This document shows, piece after piece, positions 44,085 to 57,646 of a stretch of 64,000 nt of DNA. This stretch comes from Amphiscolops sp. MND2022 (Eukaryota), in NCBI GenBank assembly GCA_964187785.1, contig OZ076409.1, positions 1,798,001-1,862,000 on the forward strand. Direction: 5' to 3'. The first letter of the stretch is position 1. Every line of letters begins with the position of its first letter. The notes beneath the pieces were generated by a model. It made no database searches, had not been told where the DNA came from, and saw nothing but the letters and a program-made list of their open reading frames with translations. A program made the translations under genes and the position numbers.

Positions 44085-46395
44085 GTGAGTAAAACTGGTA
44101 CTAAGTGAACCAAAATAAACGGAACGCACAAAATTTTTCGTACTCTCAAAATATCAAGTATATGTCAACAAAATGTTTCAAAACAACTTTGAACGCTGAA
44201 ATTCAGCTTGTCGAACATTCAATTTGACAACATTGCTTTCACACATTCGAGTGTCAGAAGAACTTTCACACTTCAGAAGTGCAAACAAAGTGACTGGTCT
44301 AGAATTTCACTGAGGGTTCAAATCATCTTTTGTTGAAGATTTGATTACGTAATTAGAGCTCCGATTTGAAAGATTGACTGGACCTTGTATACAAATAATA
44401 CAATTTTGAAGAGCGAAATTTTCGTGCGTCCCGTTTTTTTGGTTCACCTGGTACGAAAGTTTTCAGTTTTGCGATTTAATCTCGATGAACCTTTGTCTAC
44501 TGTAGTCATCATTACTTTCGCAACCCGTAAATCACTGTTAGAATTAAATCAGATATTGTTTAATTTGAAGGTGCTAAAGCCGAATTGTTACAGCGCTAGA
44601 TCCGGACTCCGGTAGCAGTGGTTCGAATCACGTACAATTCAAAACTTTGACGTTCATATTTTGGAAAAATTAGTAGCTATTTAGTATTCAGTGTTGTTAT
44701 CTTTGTTGGCAAACATTAATTGATCTTTTGTCATTCGTTTCATTATTTTTTGCAGATTGTTTGGTTTGATTCACCTGTTATTGTAAAGAGCCAAAGTATG
44801 TTACATTATTGGACATCTCTCTTTTCGCCAAAACTCACTAGAAAATCGGTCTTTGGAAATCTCGAAATCTATAGCTCTTTCACTGAGAACAATATCGCCA
44901 AAATGGCAAAATTCAACAAACTGGTCAATCGCAAGAAACTTAGAGTTGTCGATGAAAAAGTTAAGCAGAAAAGTACTCTGAATTCAAGATCAGCTTACTT
45001 GAAAACAACTTTTTTACGCTCTCAATCTATTAAACCGAAAATTTTGGTCTCTAGAAATTTGTACTGTGGAACAATATATACGCTGACACAAGCCTAAGAC
45101 CCGAACATGCTATTTAACTAAACGGGAAGCCGTTTCCGAAAACACTGAAGTAAATTTCGAAAGTCAGAAAATTTATCTATCTCGGCAAGTTTCGAAATTG
45201 GATAAATTTCAGTAGGATTTTGCCATTGGGTCCACAACAGTTCGGAAATCTCAGTATTATGGCAAGACTTTGCCAAAGCTGCCATAACGCCACCCTAAGT
45301 TCTTCATGCTGCTTCTATGCATGCCAGGCTAAATTTTTAGAAAACATGAAAAATTTCGGGAGTCTGATTGCTAGAACTTTGTAGGATTGCAATGCAGCTT
45401 TCACTATTTCAATCAAAACTGAAAACAAATCTACTCCTTGCAATCATTTTTTTGTTCTCACGCATCATCCTTTCAACTTTTCAACTTATGCAGTCACCGT
45501 CATTCAAATCCACGCTGAATATCATATGAGCTACTTTGAAATCTGTAAAGTGACTAAAGCTTAGTGAATTAAAATGGCGGTAAAATTGATAAGCTCTCAG
45601 CAGCATTTAAAAGCCAAATTAATGCATAATATAACTGCAAAAGTTCATGGCTACGAGATGCCGCCAAATTTGGGGTGCATCGTTTAGGCGGGTTGATAAA
45701 ATTCAATCGATTAACTGAAAGTTTGATGCTTGGAAGTTTCTCTGAGATCTCTACGAAATCATGATAAATTAGCCTGGCAACCTTCAAACAAAAACTTCAA
45801 GCAGTTTCAAAAAAATGTGGTTCACCTGCGACAGCATCGAGGGCGAACAAATTGCGACGTTATTGGCACCTCACTATGTTTTCCGAGAAAAAATTGTTTA
45901 AACTTTTCATTTAGCCTGGTATCTGAGTTATCCAAAGTCCTTTTGAAACACTTACGCTTGTTTAGAGTTTGGCGGCGCTGCTACGGGACTTTCGTGACAA
46001 TCTTGTTCAACGTTTAGCTATTCTACCATAACTGTTTTCACCGAGCGTACCATTTGGGGCCCCCTTTATCTGCGATTAACTTCTGAGTCCTTAATGAAAT
46101 GTTCGATTGATAATTTTTGTATCATGAGGCGGACAATTTAATTTCAGAAAGATTGACAAATGAACTTTTGGAATTACTTTTGCAAAAAAATAGTAGTTTG
46201 AGTTGTTATCGGCGCTTCCGACAAAAGGAGCCCGTCTCTAACAGTGGTTAGTTTTTCTTTTCGTCAAACCACAGAGCTTACCTGTACAGAGGGGTCAATC
46301 GGTCTGGGGGAATACAGCGGTCGCGGGTTTGACTCCCTGCTTTAGCCATCAACATTTTCGTGCGTTTGCAAAACTGGAAGGGACTGAAGGGTCCC

Positions 46396-46990
46396 TGTCG
46401 TAGGCGTTGTCACTGTCTTGACAGTTTACTAAAATCTTCCTAGCCAAGCGACCTCGGTGGTTACTGAGTTTCAAACCTGTTTTGAATCAGTTCTATGTAA
46501 TTTTCTAACATTTCTAGCTTTGAGGCTCCTGAGTAGTGCACTTGACAAGTGTTTCACCAAGGTGTTTTTTCCTATAGCCTGCTCGCAAAGTGTATTTTAA
46601 ATGAAAGGAAGGACCTTTTCAGTAATTGCAGAATTTATCTCTGCTGATATTCGAGTCTTTAGGTCAATTTTGACTTCATAAAGTTTCCTTGTAATCTGAC
46701 TAGTAATCGCGATATTAATCATTCTAGCTGTCTCAATAGTTGCATCACTGTTTTCTCTGCTATTTGTATTCAACACAAGTCCTCGCTTACTGCTAACTGG
46801 GTAGGCCGTTTGCTGTAGTCTATCAGACTCAAGGTCGATTTCAATATCACCTTCATCTTGATGATTTGCTATCTCATCTCTTGAGTAACTCCCTAACATT
46901 ACATATATATCTTCCAAGTCTGATATTACGTCTGAGTGTCTCAAACATTTTTCTTGGCCCTTTATCTCCTAGTAGAAGGAATTTGAAATT
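46396..46990 (-). mobile_element. Old LTR/gag-like remnant
   Basis: Coiled-coil-like frame (46597-46944) similar in style to the ORF at 47581-47980; minus strand ends ...CTACGACA at 46396. Confidence 0.35.
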
Positions 46991-47580
46991 TTTGTGCTCT
47001 TTCAGAAGTTTATTGTAGACCAGTTTAAAGTTTTCAACTGGAGTGTCACTAAAGAACCGTGAAACTAATCATTAATAGCTACAATCGTAGACGAGAATAT
47101 TGTTCACGTTTTGAGATTCATTATTCAAAATTGTGTCCCTTGGAAAACAAGGCCCCGCTACAAACAGTGATTGGGGCGAGACAAATTAAATTATGCTTGT
47201 CATCTTACCAAAAGTAGCTGCAAGGGTTTTCATATTAGCCCCTTTGAGGTGACTACATTATTACGTCACCTTATATAAATAGCATAAGAGGAGTAGCGGT
47301 GGAGGAAAAGCGTTGAGCTTTGTAGGTCCGCGAGTTACTTTGAAAGATTTTAATTTCAAAATATTTACATGTTTGTATAACTGACGGAAACACTATACAA
47401 CAACTTCTTTGAGAATAAAGAATAAGAACTACAATTATACCATGATGGACGTCAAGTCTGTCTGGCTAGAGAAGATATATTTATATATATTTGAGCTGTG
47501 TTCTTATTGGCTGATTGATGTCAGGACAGCGTTGGAGGCCAGGATCTATTGGAGTAGATCATTTGAACTCGTTTTCTTTC

Positions 47581-47980
47581 TGTTACGACTAATGTTCGGG
47601 TCGTTTTGAGTTGAATTTATTCTCACCGATTTCGTAGGGGTATAGAAACTTCTAGTTTCCTCTTCTCCCTCTTTCTCGGTATTTTCCCTAATATTTCCTC
47701 TTGTTTCAGGTTTCAGGAGTTTCAACATCTCCTTCTGAGATTCGACAAGAAGATTCTTGATTTCTGAAGTCATTTCCTCCTATAAGGAAGCCCTCAAACT
47801 TTCTAGGAGACTGTTTTCAATCCGGGGGGATTTTGGTCTAGAAGGCCCCGCTACCTCATCGTCCTGGTTTAGAGAACAAGGATTCCTTACTCCTATTGGT
47901 GAAATCAAGCTTTCACTTACGTTCTCACTGGTGCTTTCTTGCTGGTTGTTTCTTCTTTTCTGGCTTCTTGTTGTTGACAT
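47581..47980 (-). pseudogene. gag-like N-terminus encoded inside the LTR
   Basis: MSTTRSQKRR...SLRASL*EEMTSEIKNLL...NDPNISRN; one internal TAG; frame runs to the LTR end. Confidence 0.55.
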
Positions 47981-50041
47981 TTTGCTGTAGAAAAGTTTTA
48001 TCTTGAAGAATTGAATTTCTTTCAGAGAAATTTTCAAGTAGAGTTAGATAGAAAATTAGAGTTTGGTGAAATTGAGAATTCAACTGAATCACACAATTAC
48101 AGAAGACTGAGTCCTCCAGCCAACCAAAATCATCATATATATACCCTCCTAGCATCATTTGATCACGAGTTAGAGGCCTAATTTCCCTCGAACAATTAGT
48201 CATTTCCTGTATTTTCGATGAAAAAATCAATTTGTTTCCAATTTTACGTCGACTTTTCGTCAATTTTTGAGACACGATGATCTTCATCTTTTGTTAGTCA
48301 TCAAGCATAATCATATCATTTGGTCCCGGCGTCCTTTTTATTTCCTCCCAAGCAGGAAGTAGATAATACTTCAGTCTGTCAAACCGGAAATACTTCCCCG
48401 TTTTTCTGCTTTGGTTCGTTAGAAATTGACGCTGAGGTGACGCTGACGTGAACAACTAATGCTTGATTTTGAGTTTTAACTTGGGAAAAAATGCTATGAC
48501 TAATGTTTTCAGCCTTAAAATTTCCAATGATGCTAGGAAAAGTGGAAACGAAAATTATACGATTAGCAACAATTTCTAAATTGAACTCAATTTAGATGGT
48601 TATCAATTAATTAGAACAAGTCAACGAAGCATTAACGTTTACATTAGAGTACTAAACTGATTTAACTGCAACACTTGGCTATTACAAAATTGTCTAAAAG
48701 GTTACGGAAATATGACGTGATAATCATGAAATTTAAAGCGTACAAATCCTCACAATTAAGCCTTCATAAAATTACGAAATTATAGGTTAACGTCCTGACG
48801 TCGTCAATTTAGGTCAACGGAACAACACAACTTGTTACAATGATAGTTACAAAATCTAAGGTATTCAAACGTGGTTTTCGCGTACAATTGGGGCAACAAT
48901 GAACATAGATATAGTGAAAAGATACAAATGTAGACAAAGCATTAGGAAAATATGATTGTTATTAAAATATAGTTCTTTCCAGTTCGTATTTCACTGCTGC
49001 ACAAACACGTCCGAGAAACGACAAGTTATTTGAATAGCATTCAAAGACTGTAATATTTAATACAAAATGTACAGTGACAGCCTTCTCTCCTAGAATAAAC
49101 TGTGACATTAAATGTAAAGAGTAGGAAAGCTCTAATAAGGTTATTTTGTAACGTGATTTTAATCAACTAGCATTCAAATAGACAATTCCTGGGCGTAATC
49201 TATTAGGTTTTGTTCTTATCTTTGTTGAACTTGGTATTGTCCTTAGACGCAACCTTTCCGACAAATCCGTAATACCGATATTCATTTCACTATCCTGAAT
49301 GGACTAAAACCAGCTACTTTGATGGATTTTGGACGTAACGCGGACGTACGTATTAGTATTAGGCTTAATCCGCTGGTATTGGACGTAGCTTTGACGTAAA
49401 TTTGGAGTGAAATCTAGCTAGCTGTTATAGCTGTGACGTAACACTGACGTCTGATTTGGAATACTTTCTACCTTGTTAACTAGTTAGCGGCGGAGTGCTG
49501 ACGTCACGATTATAGTAATATTTGCATGTACCTTTTAATATTTGTTTGTTCAGCGACGCGGTTCCGCCCTATTCTGCATTAATTGCTGTTCAAAGCGCAA
49601 TTAAGTTGCCTTTCTTAGAAAAGGCGTAAATGTTTCGGCGTGCCATCTCGATGTATTTTTTATTTTAGATCTGTTTGTTGTACGTTCCCGATTAACAATC
49701 TTGGATCTGTTTTCGTTTAGATCGGTCTATGGTCTTTATTCCAAGACGTATTCTTAATTAAGTTTTCAGGTTGCGAATGTTTCTATTTTGACGTGATAAA
49801 AGCGTCCTGCCGGAAATGTATGAAATCATTTTGGTTCATTTTGGTTTCTGTTCTTATTTTCGTTTAAACTTTTCGTAAGTTGGACGTTCGTTTTCGTATT
49901 TCTAGTCACTGTTTATTTCAAAGATAAAGTTTTAGAGTTACCAGTTAAAATAAGATTTGGGGAATCTCAGATTGTCTCCATGTCCTCTTCCGATCTTCAG
50001 TCGTCGGCAACCACAAGCCAGACCGGGAGCGGGCTGTGACA
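47581..50041 (-). mobile_element. Long solo LTR (2461 bp) containing the start of a gag-like ORF
   Basis: TGTTACG...CTGTGACA termini with exact 5-bp TSD CTTTC (47576-47580 and 50042-50046). Confidence 0.85.
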
Positions 50042-50315
50042 CTTTCCCTGCATAATTGTATGTCATTCGTTCAATTTGTACAAGTTTCTTATTCTCATCA
50101 TAATTACATTCAGAGCTTCGAAAACAAGCGCTCCCATTGGTCCCAGCACGCTATATCCGAATTTTTGACGTTATATCCGAAGTAAATTGCGTTTTACCAA
50201 GGAGGAGGTAAATTTTTGATCACGTGTCAATTATTGTTAGCCAATTGAAGGCGGAAAATATCCCGGTGCACAGCGGGCATCTTGTAACCTATGATTCTCG
50301 TTGTTTTTTTTTCAG

Positions 50316-50475
50316 GATCCCACCCGACTGGACAGTCCGAGTGTGAACAGAAAGGAGTCGGTGACGTTTGCGCCCCGAGTCACCATACATGGCAGTCCCC
50401 CCAGAGACTCGTCAACATGGAGAGCCAAGTCCGTATCTCCCCGACGAATCACCATCCATTCAAGTAGTCTGCCAG
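50316..50475 (+). CDS. Coding exon of TMEM272-like gene (S/P/R-rich N-terminus)
   Basis: T-rich TTTCAG acceptor and CAG|GTAGG donor; DPTRLDSPSV...SSSLP; phase 0 to 1. Confidence 0.65.
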
Positions 50476-50528
50476 GTAGGTTTGTTTGTAAACAACATTT
50501 ACCAGTTAGCCGTTAAAACAGTTGTAGA

Positions 50529-51358
50529 CCCTGGTTGAAAACAAATACAATTCTTGCAAGATTCTTGCAAGATCTTGACAAAAAATACAAATCTTGCAAG
50601 ATTCTGGCAGAAAATACATTTCTTGCAAGAACCTGACAGAAAAAATATTTCTTGGAAGAATCTTGCAAGATTCTTGCAAGAAATACTTTTTCTGTCAGAT
50701 TCTTGCAAGAAATACATCAAACGAAGAGAAAACTTTTTTTGTCAAAAAACACTACAAGTGACCAACACGGGCGCTGGAGAGTTTTTTGTCCATTTTTCCT
50801 TCTAGAGAGAGACACAACACAAACAGACAAAATCACAGGTGAACGTTTCCTTTCTTACACAAATGGCGCTTTAGGAGCAAAAGAAACTGCATGTTACAGT
50901 TACTAAGTTTTCATACAGTGGACGTTTCCGGAGAAAAAACCACGGCTCTTGCAACTAATTGTTTTTTATCCATTCTTTTTGAACGCCACACTTTTCGTGC
51001 CAAAGTAAAGAGTTCCACAAAGATAGAGTAACTCGACCTTTCAAAAAAATGCCATACGGTTGTCTTTCTGTGAAACTAGAACTTCAAAGGTACGAGGCTG
51101 ACGCATGCTACGAGGACTTTTTGGAACATGCTGAACACAACAAACTAGAAATTGCATATCTTGCAAGAATCTTGCAAGAGAAATGTTTGTCTTGCAAGAA
51201 TCTTGCAAACTAAAGTTTCATCTTGCAAGAATCTTGCAAGATGAGGTATATCTTACAAGAATCTTGCAAGAAACCTGCCAGAAAAATGCATTGTCTTGCA
51301 AGATCTTGCAAAACATCTTGCAAGATTCTTGCAAGATTTGTATTTTTTTCAACTAGGG
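50529..51358. mobile_element. EnSpm/CMC-like MITE
   Basis: CCCTGGTTGAAAA...TTTTCAACTAGGG, 2-bp TSD GA, many palindromic TCTTGCAAGA subterminal repeats. Confidence 0.88.
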
Positions 51359-51384
51359 GAAACAATCCTCCTAGTATTTGTGAC

Positions 51385-51762
51385 CAGGGGTGTTCAATAA
51401 ATTATTTGTTTTTAAATGATCGCAATTAAAATAAAATATAATATTTGTAAAATCGAAATTATTGCATCACGTGAATTGTCTAGATAGAAGGGTAAAAATA
51501 CACTTTCAAATAGTAATGATGTGTTAAAATAATATTGACTTCTGCCTCATCATCTTGAAAGTGTTTTGTTTTTGAAATTTAATGCATCATTTTGGAATGT
51601 TTAAGTGAAATTTTAATAACCTCATTTTTTTAAAGAGATTATTCAGAATTATTGAGAACGCATGAAAATAATTTTCAACAATTTAAATTATTTATTTTTG
51701 GAATTCAAAAATAATTTTTTTTTGGAAAAAAATTAATATAAATATATTATTGAATATCCCTG
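51385..51762. mobile_element. hAT-family MITE
   Basis: TIR CAGGGGTGTTCAATAA / TTATTGAATATCCCTG; exact 8-bp TSD TTTGTGAC. Confidence 0.9.
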
Positions 51763-52343
51763 TTTGTGACCATATCAAATTTTTTATTCGTGCAAAATGT
51801 TTTTTTTTCAATTCTAAAAATAAAGAAAGTCTTTTAGACTGTACGTCTTCTTCGTGGTTTATTGCAAAACATTAAAATGAAAGTGTAATTTATTTTATTT
51901 ACTTTTAAATGTAGTTTTGTAATAATTATCACAAAACTACCTTTAGAAGTAAATTAATATATTGCTCTTTTACTTTTATGTTCTCCGATAAAGCTCGAAA
52001 AAGACATACCCTAGTCCAGATTGCTTGAACTTTTTACATGCTACATGGGAACATGCCGGCTGACTTTTTTTTTACAAAACATGGAGAGTTCAGTGAGCAG
52101 CTTATGTAAAAAAAAGAAAAGTGTATGGAAAACTTTTAAAAGCTTACAATTTTTGTACACTTTTCTATTTTGTACATAAGCTGCGTAGATTGCCAGAAGC
52201 ATTTGGAAAAAATTGGACCTGAATTTCGCGACATTTTCAGCATTTTTTGACTGTTTTTGAAAAGTCTCGATCGCTTTTTTGCTTTCCTTGTTAATTTTTT
52301 TAAGTTTTTTTCTTCGAATATTTTTCAACGAATGTATGTTCAG

Positions 52344-52440
52344 GACGAACGAGTTCTTGGAGACCATGGTCACCCCGAAGCCCCTCCCCCCGCAACATGA
52401 GCACTTCACGGGGGGGCACCTACTACATCTCGGGCTCAAA
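52344..52440 (+). CDS. Coding exon of TMEM272-like gene
   Basis: TTCAG acceptor and GTAAC donor; (G)RTSSWRPWSPRSPSPRNMSTSRGGTYYISGS(K); phase 1 to 2 fits both neighbouring exons. Confidence 0.55.
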
Positions 52441-52496
52441 GTAACCCCCCTCCCCACTCCGCTCCCAACTTTTCCTCAACCCCTTATCTAAAGCAA

Positions 52497-53206
52497 CCCG
52501 TACTGAGATTCCGTTCAATCCCATCGATGGGCATCGCAACTTCTTCCGATGGGCATCGATGAACCATCGATGGTCATCGATGGGATTTGAATTATCGCCT
52601 AGCGCATGGGGGCACTTGTGGAGCATTTTAGGGTTAAATATATCCAATTTTAACCTACTCTCATTTCTTTGTGAGCCTGAGTAAGCTTTCTCGAGCCTGA
52701 AAATCACCTATTTCGGAGCCTTGCCCTTGAATTGTTTGAAAAAAAATTAAAAACCTGGCAAACTTGCAATTATTCGCATGAAAATAAGACGGAATCGAGC
52801 TTCAATTGCTGAGAAAACCATCTGCTTGTAAGAAGAAAAAATCTGAAATATGCAGATATTTGACTCTTAAAATACGTTTTTGTAACAAAAAATTTGGTGT
52901 TTTTTTCTTTGGAAAATCAACAGAAACCGGTTTTTCACAAATAAAAATAATACGGATAACTATGTATAACTTCATTTCTGAATAAAATATTTAGCATCCT
53001 CGAAATCCCAAACAAAGCTTAAATAGACTGAATAACTTGAATGGCGAGTTTTGTTGAAATTTTGAACATGGCCAATTCGAACGAATTTTTGTGATCGAAA
53101 ATTTCGATTCCCATCGATGGGTCATCGATAAACCATTGATGGCTATCGATGGGCCCCATGGGACTGCGATGGCCATCGATGAACTGCGATGGGATCTCAG
53201 TACGGA
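52497..53206. mobile_element. EnSpm/CMC-like MITE
   Basis: CCCGTACTGAGAT...ATCTCAGTACGGA, 2-bp TSD AA, palindromic CATCGATG subterminal repeats. Confidence 0.8.
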
Positions 53207-53419
53207 AAGCCAAATGGATTGAAAAGGGGTGATACAGTAGGTTAACAAACGCCCACAAGTACGTGTTGTTCTGGGGTGGTTGAGTAACCTAATTGGTCAT
53301 ATTGGCGAATTTGAAATACAGGTAACAGAATGACTAGTTTTGATATAAACCTCACCAGCAATAATTTCACGATTGATGCACTATGGTAGTTTCTACAACT
53401 TTCGTTTGACATAATGAAG

Positions 53420-54192
53420 TGTAACGGCAAGCTCTGGTACAGCAATATCAACCGATTTTGCAACTTTGACATGTCGAGAAATTTTGTCAAAAATTCTAAT
53501 CCGATGTGTGACGTGGCACTGAGCATGTGATTGCTCTTTTCGCTGTTTCCACGAAATTGGCAGGTACTTCGACAACAAAGAGCAAGAACGAGCAAAAACA
53601 CGGGCGCGCCGCCATGACAGAAGCCAGAGACGGTAAGAACATCCGAAAATAGACTCTTTTTGAGGTGCTAACACCGGTTTTATCGATTTTCAGCATTATG
53701 CTACCCTATGTAGCGGAAACCGTAAAAATGAGTCTTTTCGCCTAAAGATCTTTGTTTGGTGCTTGGAGCCCCTGCGCCCCAGCTTTTTAGCTGTGTGGTT
53801 TGCCATATTCGTGCCTGTTTTCATGTATTTTCAGTGATTTTGGCTGTATTCAGTAGCGCTAGCGCTAGTTTAGATCTTATTCCCCAATTTTAGATCTTAT
53901 TCATATGTCACCCTGGAACTGGAAATTTACCTTATTCTTGGCATTGTTTTCATATGCTAGTTAAGCGGTGGTCTTTAGAGAGTCAGAAAGATGCCCGTTA
54001 CTATTAGCAATCAAAGACTAGGACCGGTTGGACAGTATTCGTCGAAGCACCCGCGGCCCCGGGACGTATTTCACCCCTGGAGGCAAAATGGATCTGTGGC
54101 GATGGGCGCCTGTCCCGAGCGATTCACCCTTTTCTGCAGGTTCCTCCACCTCTGTTAACGTGTTAAGCGACCGATAACAGCTTGCCGTTACA
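53420..54192 (+). mobile_element. Solo LTR (773 bp) related to the large Gypsy element
   Basis: TGTAACGGCAAGCT...AGCTTGCCGTTACA. Shares TGACGTGGCACT, AGCGCTAGCGCT and AAGATGCCCGTTACT..AGACTAGGACC with 21034-21754. Flanked by AAG on both sides. Confidence 0.88.
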
Positions 54193-55064
54193 AAGAAAAA
54201 CTCCGTGTTTTTTGAAAGTGTTCGAAACGAAATGCGATTGTTTAAATTGAACGGCGTATACACTCTTTTTCTAATTTTTTTGGGCGATGTTTTTCCGACT
54301 AAAAATTTCAGCAGATCAGTGAGATTTAAACCGAGGTATTTACTCTAAAAATTGCTCAAAGCAACTTGACAAAGTTAATTCAAAAACCAGGACATTTAAA
54401 TTTTGAACTTTTTCAAGTTTTAAAATCGTTTTTTTTAAAGTGCTATGACTTTTTTGAAATAGGACGCCCGGTTAGCTTCGGTATATTTTCTGCCCCAAAC
54501 CCTTTAACAGCGACACAATTGTAGGTCTCACAGGTAATCAACAAACTACATGCATAAATTCAGGAATTATGAAAAAAATTGACTCTTTTTGGTTCCACGT
54601 TTACTTATCTGCTCAAAATCACTCGGCCCATCAAAAAACACGGACCACGCTTATTTCTTCCTATTTCATTTGTCCACAAATCGTCCGAAGATGCTTTGCA
54701 AATCCCAATTACGTTTGTCAATATTTCATAGTTAAAAGTTTTGCCTGCAGTGAAAAAAAACGTTGTAGCTATCAACGGAACTAAATTGGTCCAAAGTTTG
54801 ATTTTAAAAATTGGCTAAAACTGCTCTGAAAGTCGATTCCATCCTTTTTTAAAGCCGTGATTACATAACACGAACTCAATTCAGACTCTTGTCCATGAAT
54901 GACGCGAATTGGAAAAAAAATCAAAAAGTGACTGCCTTGAAAGAAGATTTTGGTTATATTGCGCTTCGAATGTAATCAGTGATTTTTTCCTACTCTGTTG
55001 ATGTGGAACTCAGACTATTTGGAATTGTCACGTAAGTTCCGCTGGTGTAAACTGGTCAATTTAC

Positions 55065-55668
55065 GGATGCAGGTCATTTCGCCTAATGCCATTTCGCCTA
55101 ATGCCATTTCGCCTAATGCCATTTCGCCTAATGCCATTTCGCCTAATGCCATTTCGCCTAAAAATTTAGTTGAGTCATTTCGCCTAAAAAAATTAGGCGA
55201 AATGACCAAACGGGAATAACGTCTAAATAATCATGTTTCGAAAAAGGCTTTCTGAAAGCGAAAATATCAAAATGTGGGGCATATGCGGTGTATGCACACT
55301 CGCCCTCACCGTCGCAAAGACCAGCTCCCACTACGATCACTTCGCGATCTCCGTTCCCGCTAGGTCTTTGCTCCTGTTCGACCTCGCTTAGCAAGATGGA
55401 ACATAAGCGGCCCCAAGGGGCCGCGGGGCACTAGAAGGAATGGGACATATCCGAGGCACGTTTTCTATTTTATATCACTTTTTAGTTTTAGATCTTAAAC
55501 GATTTATTTGTTTTCCAATTTCATGTGTTTTTCACGTTTCTGAAAAAAAAATTAGGCGAAGTGACCAAAGTAAAAGACGTTTCGCCTAAAAAAATTAGGC
55601 GAAGTGACCAAACACGTTAGGCGAAATGACTTTAGGCGAAATGGCATTAGGCGAAATGACCATTTCCC
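55065..55668. mobile_element. MULE-like MITE with 15-bp subterminal tandem repeats
   Basis: GG.....GGTCATTTCGCCTAATGCC termini; (CATTTCGCCTAATGC)n; TSD CAATTTAC (8 bp, or 9 bp if the left end is shifted by one). Confidence 0.85.
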
Positions 55669-57646
55669 CAATTTACGAAGCTGTGTCAACTAGTGTAATG
55701 ACTTATCAATGAGTGTAATGTGTGACAAGTGTAAATCTTCCAAAAAAATGTTCTCGCTCTGATTGGACAAAAATCGAACTAGCAGGATCCGGGATGTGTC
55801 TCGTAATGGTATTGAGGAATGAATATGTATCGATGATTTTGAATGAATTAAAGTTGAAACTAACTCTTTTAACTAAATCTTTTAACTATAGGTTTAACTA
55901 TAGGTTCTCACTTTAATCTGAGGTTCAAGCAGTTGACAGGTACTTATTTAAACTATTTACAAACAAGTTCGTCTAGTTAAGTTTCACTCACTATCACATA
56001 CTGACCAGAATCGAGGAAAAGTTGCCTGTTTGAGAGTCGCCGATGCAATTAGACGCAGGAAGCAGGAAGCTAGACGAAATACCCACAGACGCAAATGTGA
56101 GAAAGTTTTGGAAATCACAGTTTATGCTACGTGAGCAGTCAACTTATTTTCCAATTACTTGTTTCGTGAAAAACAAACAATTTCTCACAAATATCTGTTT
56201 TTACAAATGAAATAGTACTCTCTACCTTCAAACAATCTTATGTGTTGGTTTTTTTCGATTCAAAATTAGTCGACTAACACTCTTCTTGAAAAAATGCAAT
56301 TCTCGCAAGATCTTTCGAGCAAGACATTTTGCAAGGCTCTTCCAATGGACAAATTTGGAGGATTTTTGGCTAGGAAGATATTCTTTCGCACAATTGTTGC
56401 AAACGAGAAACTATCCTTTCAGAATATAAGTTTCGATGAGTGCAGATTTTCTCTCAATTCTAAAAAAACGCGAGTTTCAAACGTTTTGGTATGAATCTCA
56501 ACTATTCTTTTCGGTTTTGTTTTTTGAAGGCTAGTTAGACTACTGTTTCGCTGACCTAAAGCTTATCATCTCTAGCGTGAACAGAATGCGGGAACTGGCG
56601 AAAGCCTGTAGCTTCTTCTCTTTCGATTTACCTGTGTGTTTCAGTTTTTTTTAAAAAAAATTAGAATATTGTGGAATGAAGAGCTTTTTGCAATTTTCCA
56701 GCCTAAAGGGACCTTTTAGTTTTTGTGCGGTTTTTGACATTGTGCGGTTTTTCTCAGTATCAAAAAAATCTGATTAATTTTTTTGAGGTTTTGGATGTTT
56801 ACATCGAATTTTTGAGTTGAACTAAGGTTTAATGTTCAACAAGTGTTGAACTTGTTTCTTCCAAGTTTTTTTCAAGTAAGATTATCGCAAGAATTTCATT
56901 GTCGACCACGACAGTCAACGTTTGCGATTAGCAATTCACAGTATCCGTTTCAACCGGAAATGCACCATGGTTCTAAAACTGCTAAAGTGTGTAGCAATAA
57001 ATGCTCGATTCTTATAGAGGTAGGTTTTTTGTGAAATAACACACCTTACACTGTATGGTCCACTTTTTACAAACTTCACGCCTAAGTTCTGAAGAATACG
57101 CAAGGAACCCAACGAAGCAAGGAATCCAAAGAGTACTGCCTTTGAAATTTTGTAGTATTTACCGTATCCGCAAAACTATTCTTTTTGAAAGAGCTTTGAG
57201 TTCAAAAGCCCTCAGAATTCGGCTTTGTGCGACGTTTTTCCGAATTTATTTCTATCAATCAAGATTTTTTTGGTGTTTTTAGTTAACGAAAAGCATTTTC
57301 TGAGCAAGATACGCTTCTTGTGATTTTTTCCGGTATTTCTTTGAGATAATATACTCCAAAACGCCCATAGCATTCAAAAAACTTTGCGCTTTTAAGCCTT
57401 GAGACGTTGTTGTCTTGATTTACAATTACACAACTTGGTGCTAAAAGTTTCGAAAAGTAATTCCAAATTCTAATGTTTTGCTTCTACTTTTTTAGACTTG
57501 ATGAAATTTTGTTTAGGGTTCTTCCGTGCGAAATTTTCGAATATATGACCGAGTTTTGTCAAGAGTCTTTAGGAATCTCACAAAAGTGGATTATTTGCAA
57601 GACAAACAATTTCTAAAACAATAGCGAGCTTTTGGGTATAAGAGCG

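Noticed and set aside
44720..45097. 125-aa ORF with an acceptor-like start as an exon
   Set aside because: No recognisable motif, AT-rich, ends in a stop, and does not fit the surrounding gene model.
54998..55219. SPNAI/GEMAL repeat peptides
   Set aside because: Translations of a MITE's 15-bp tandem repeat.
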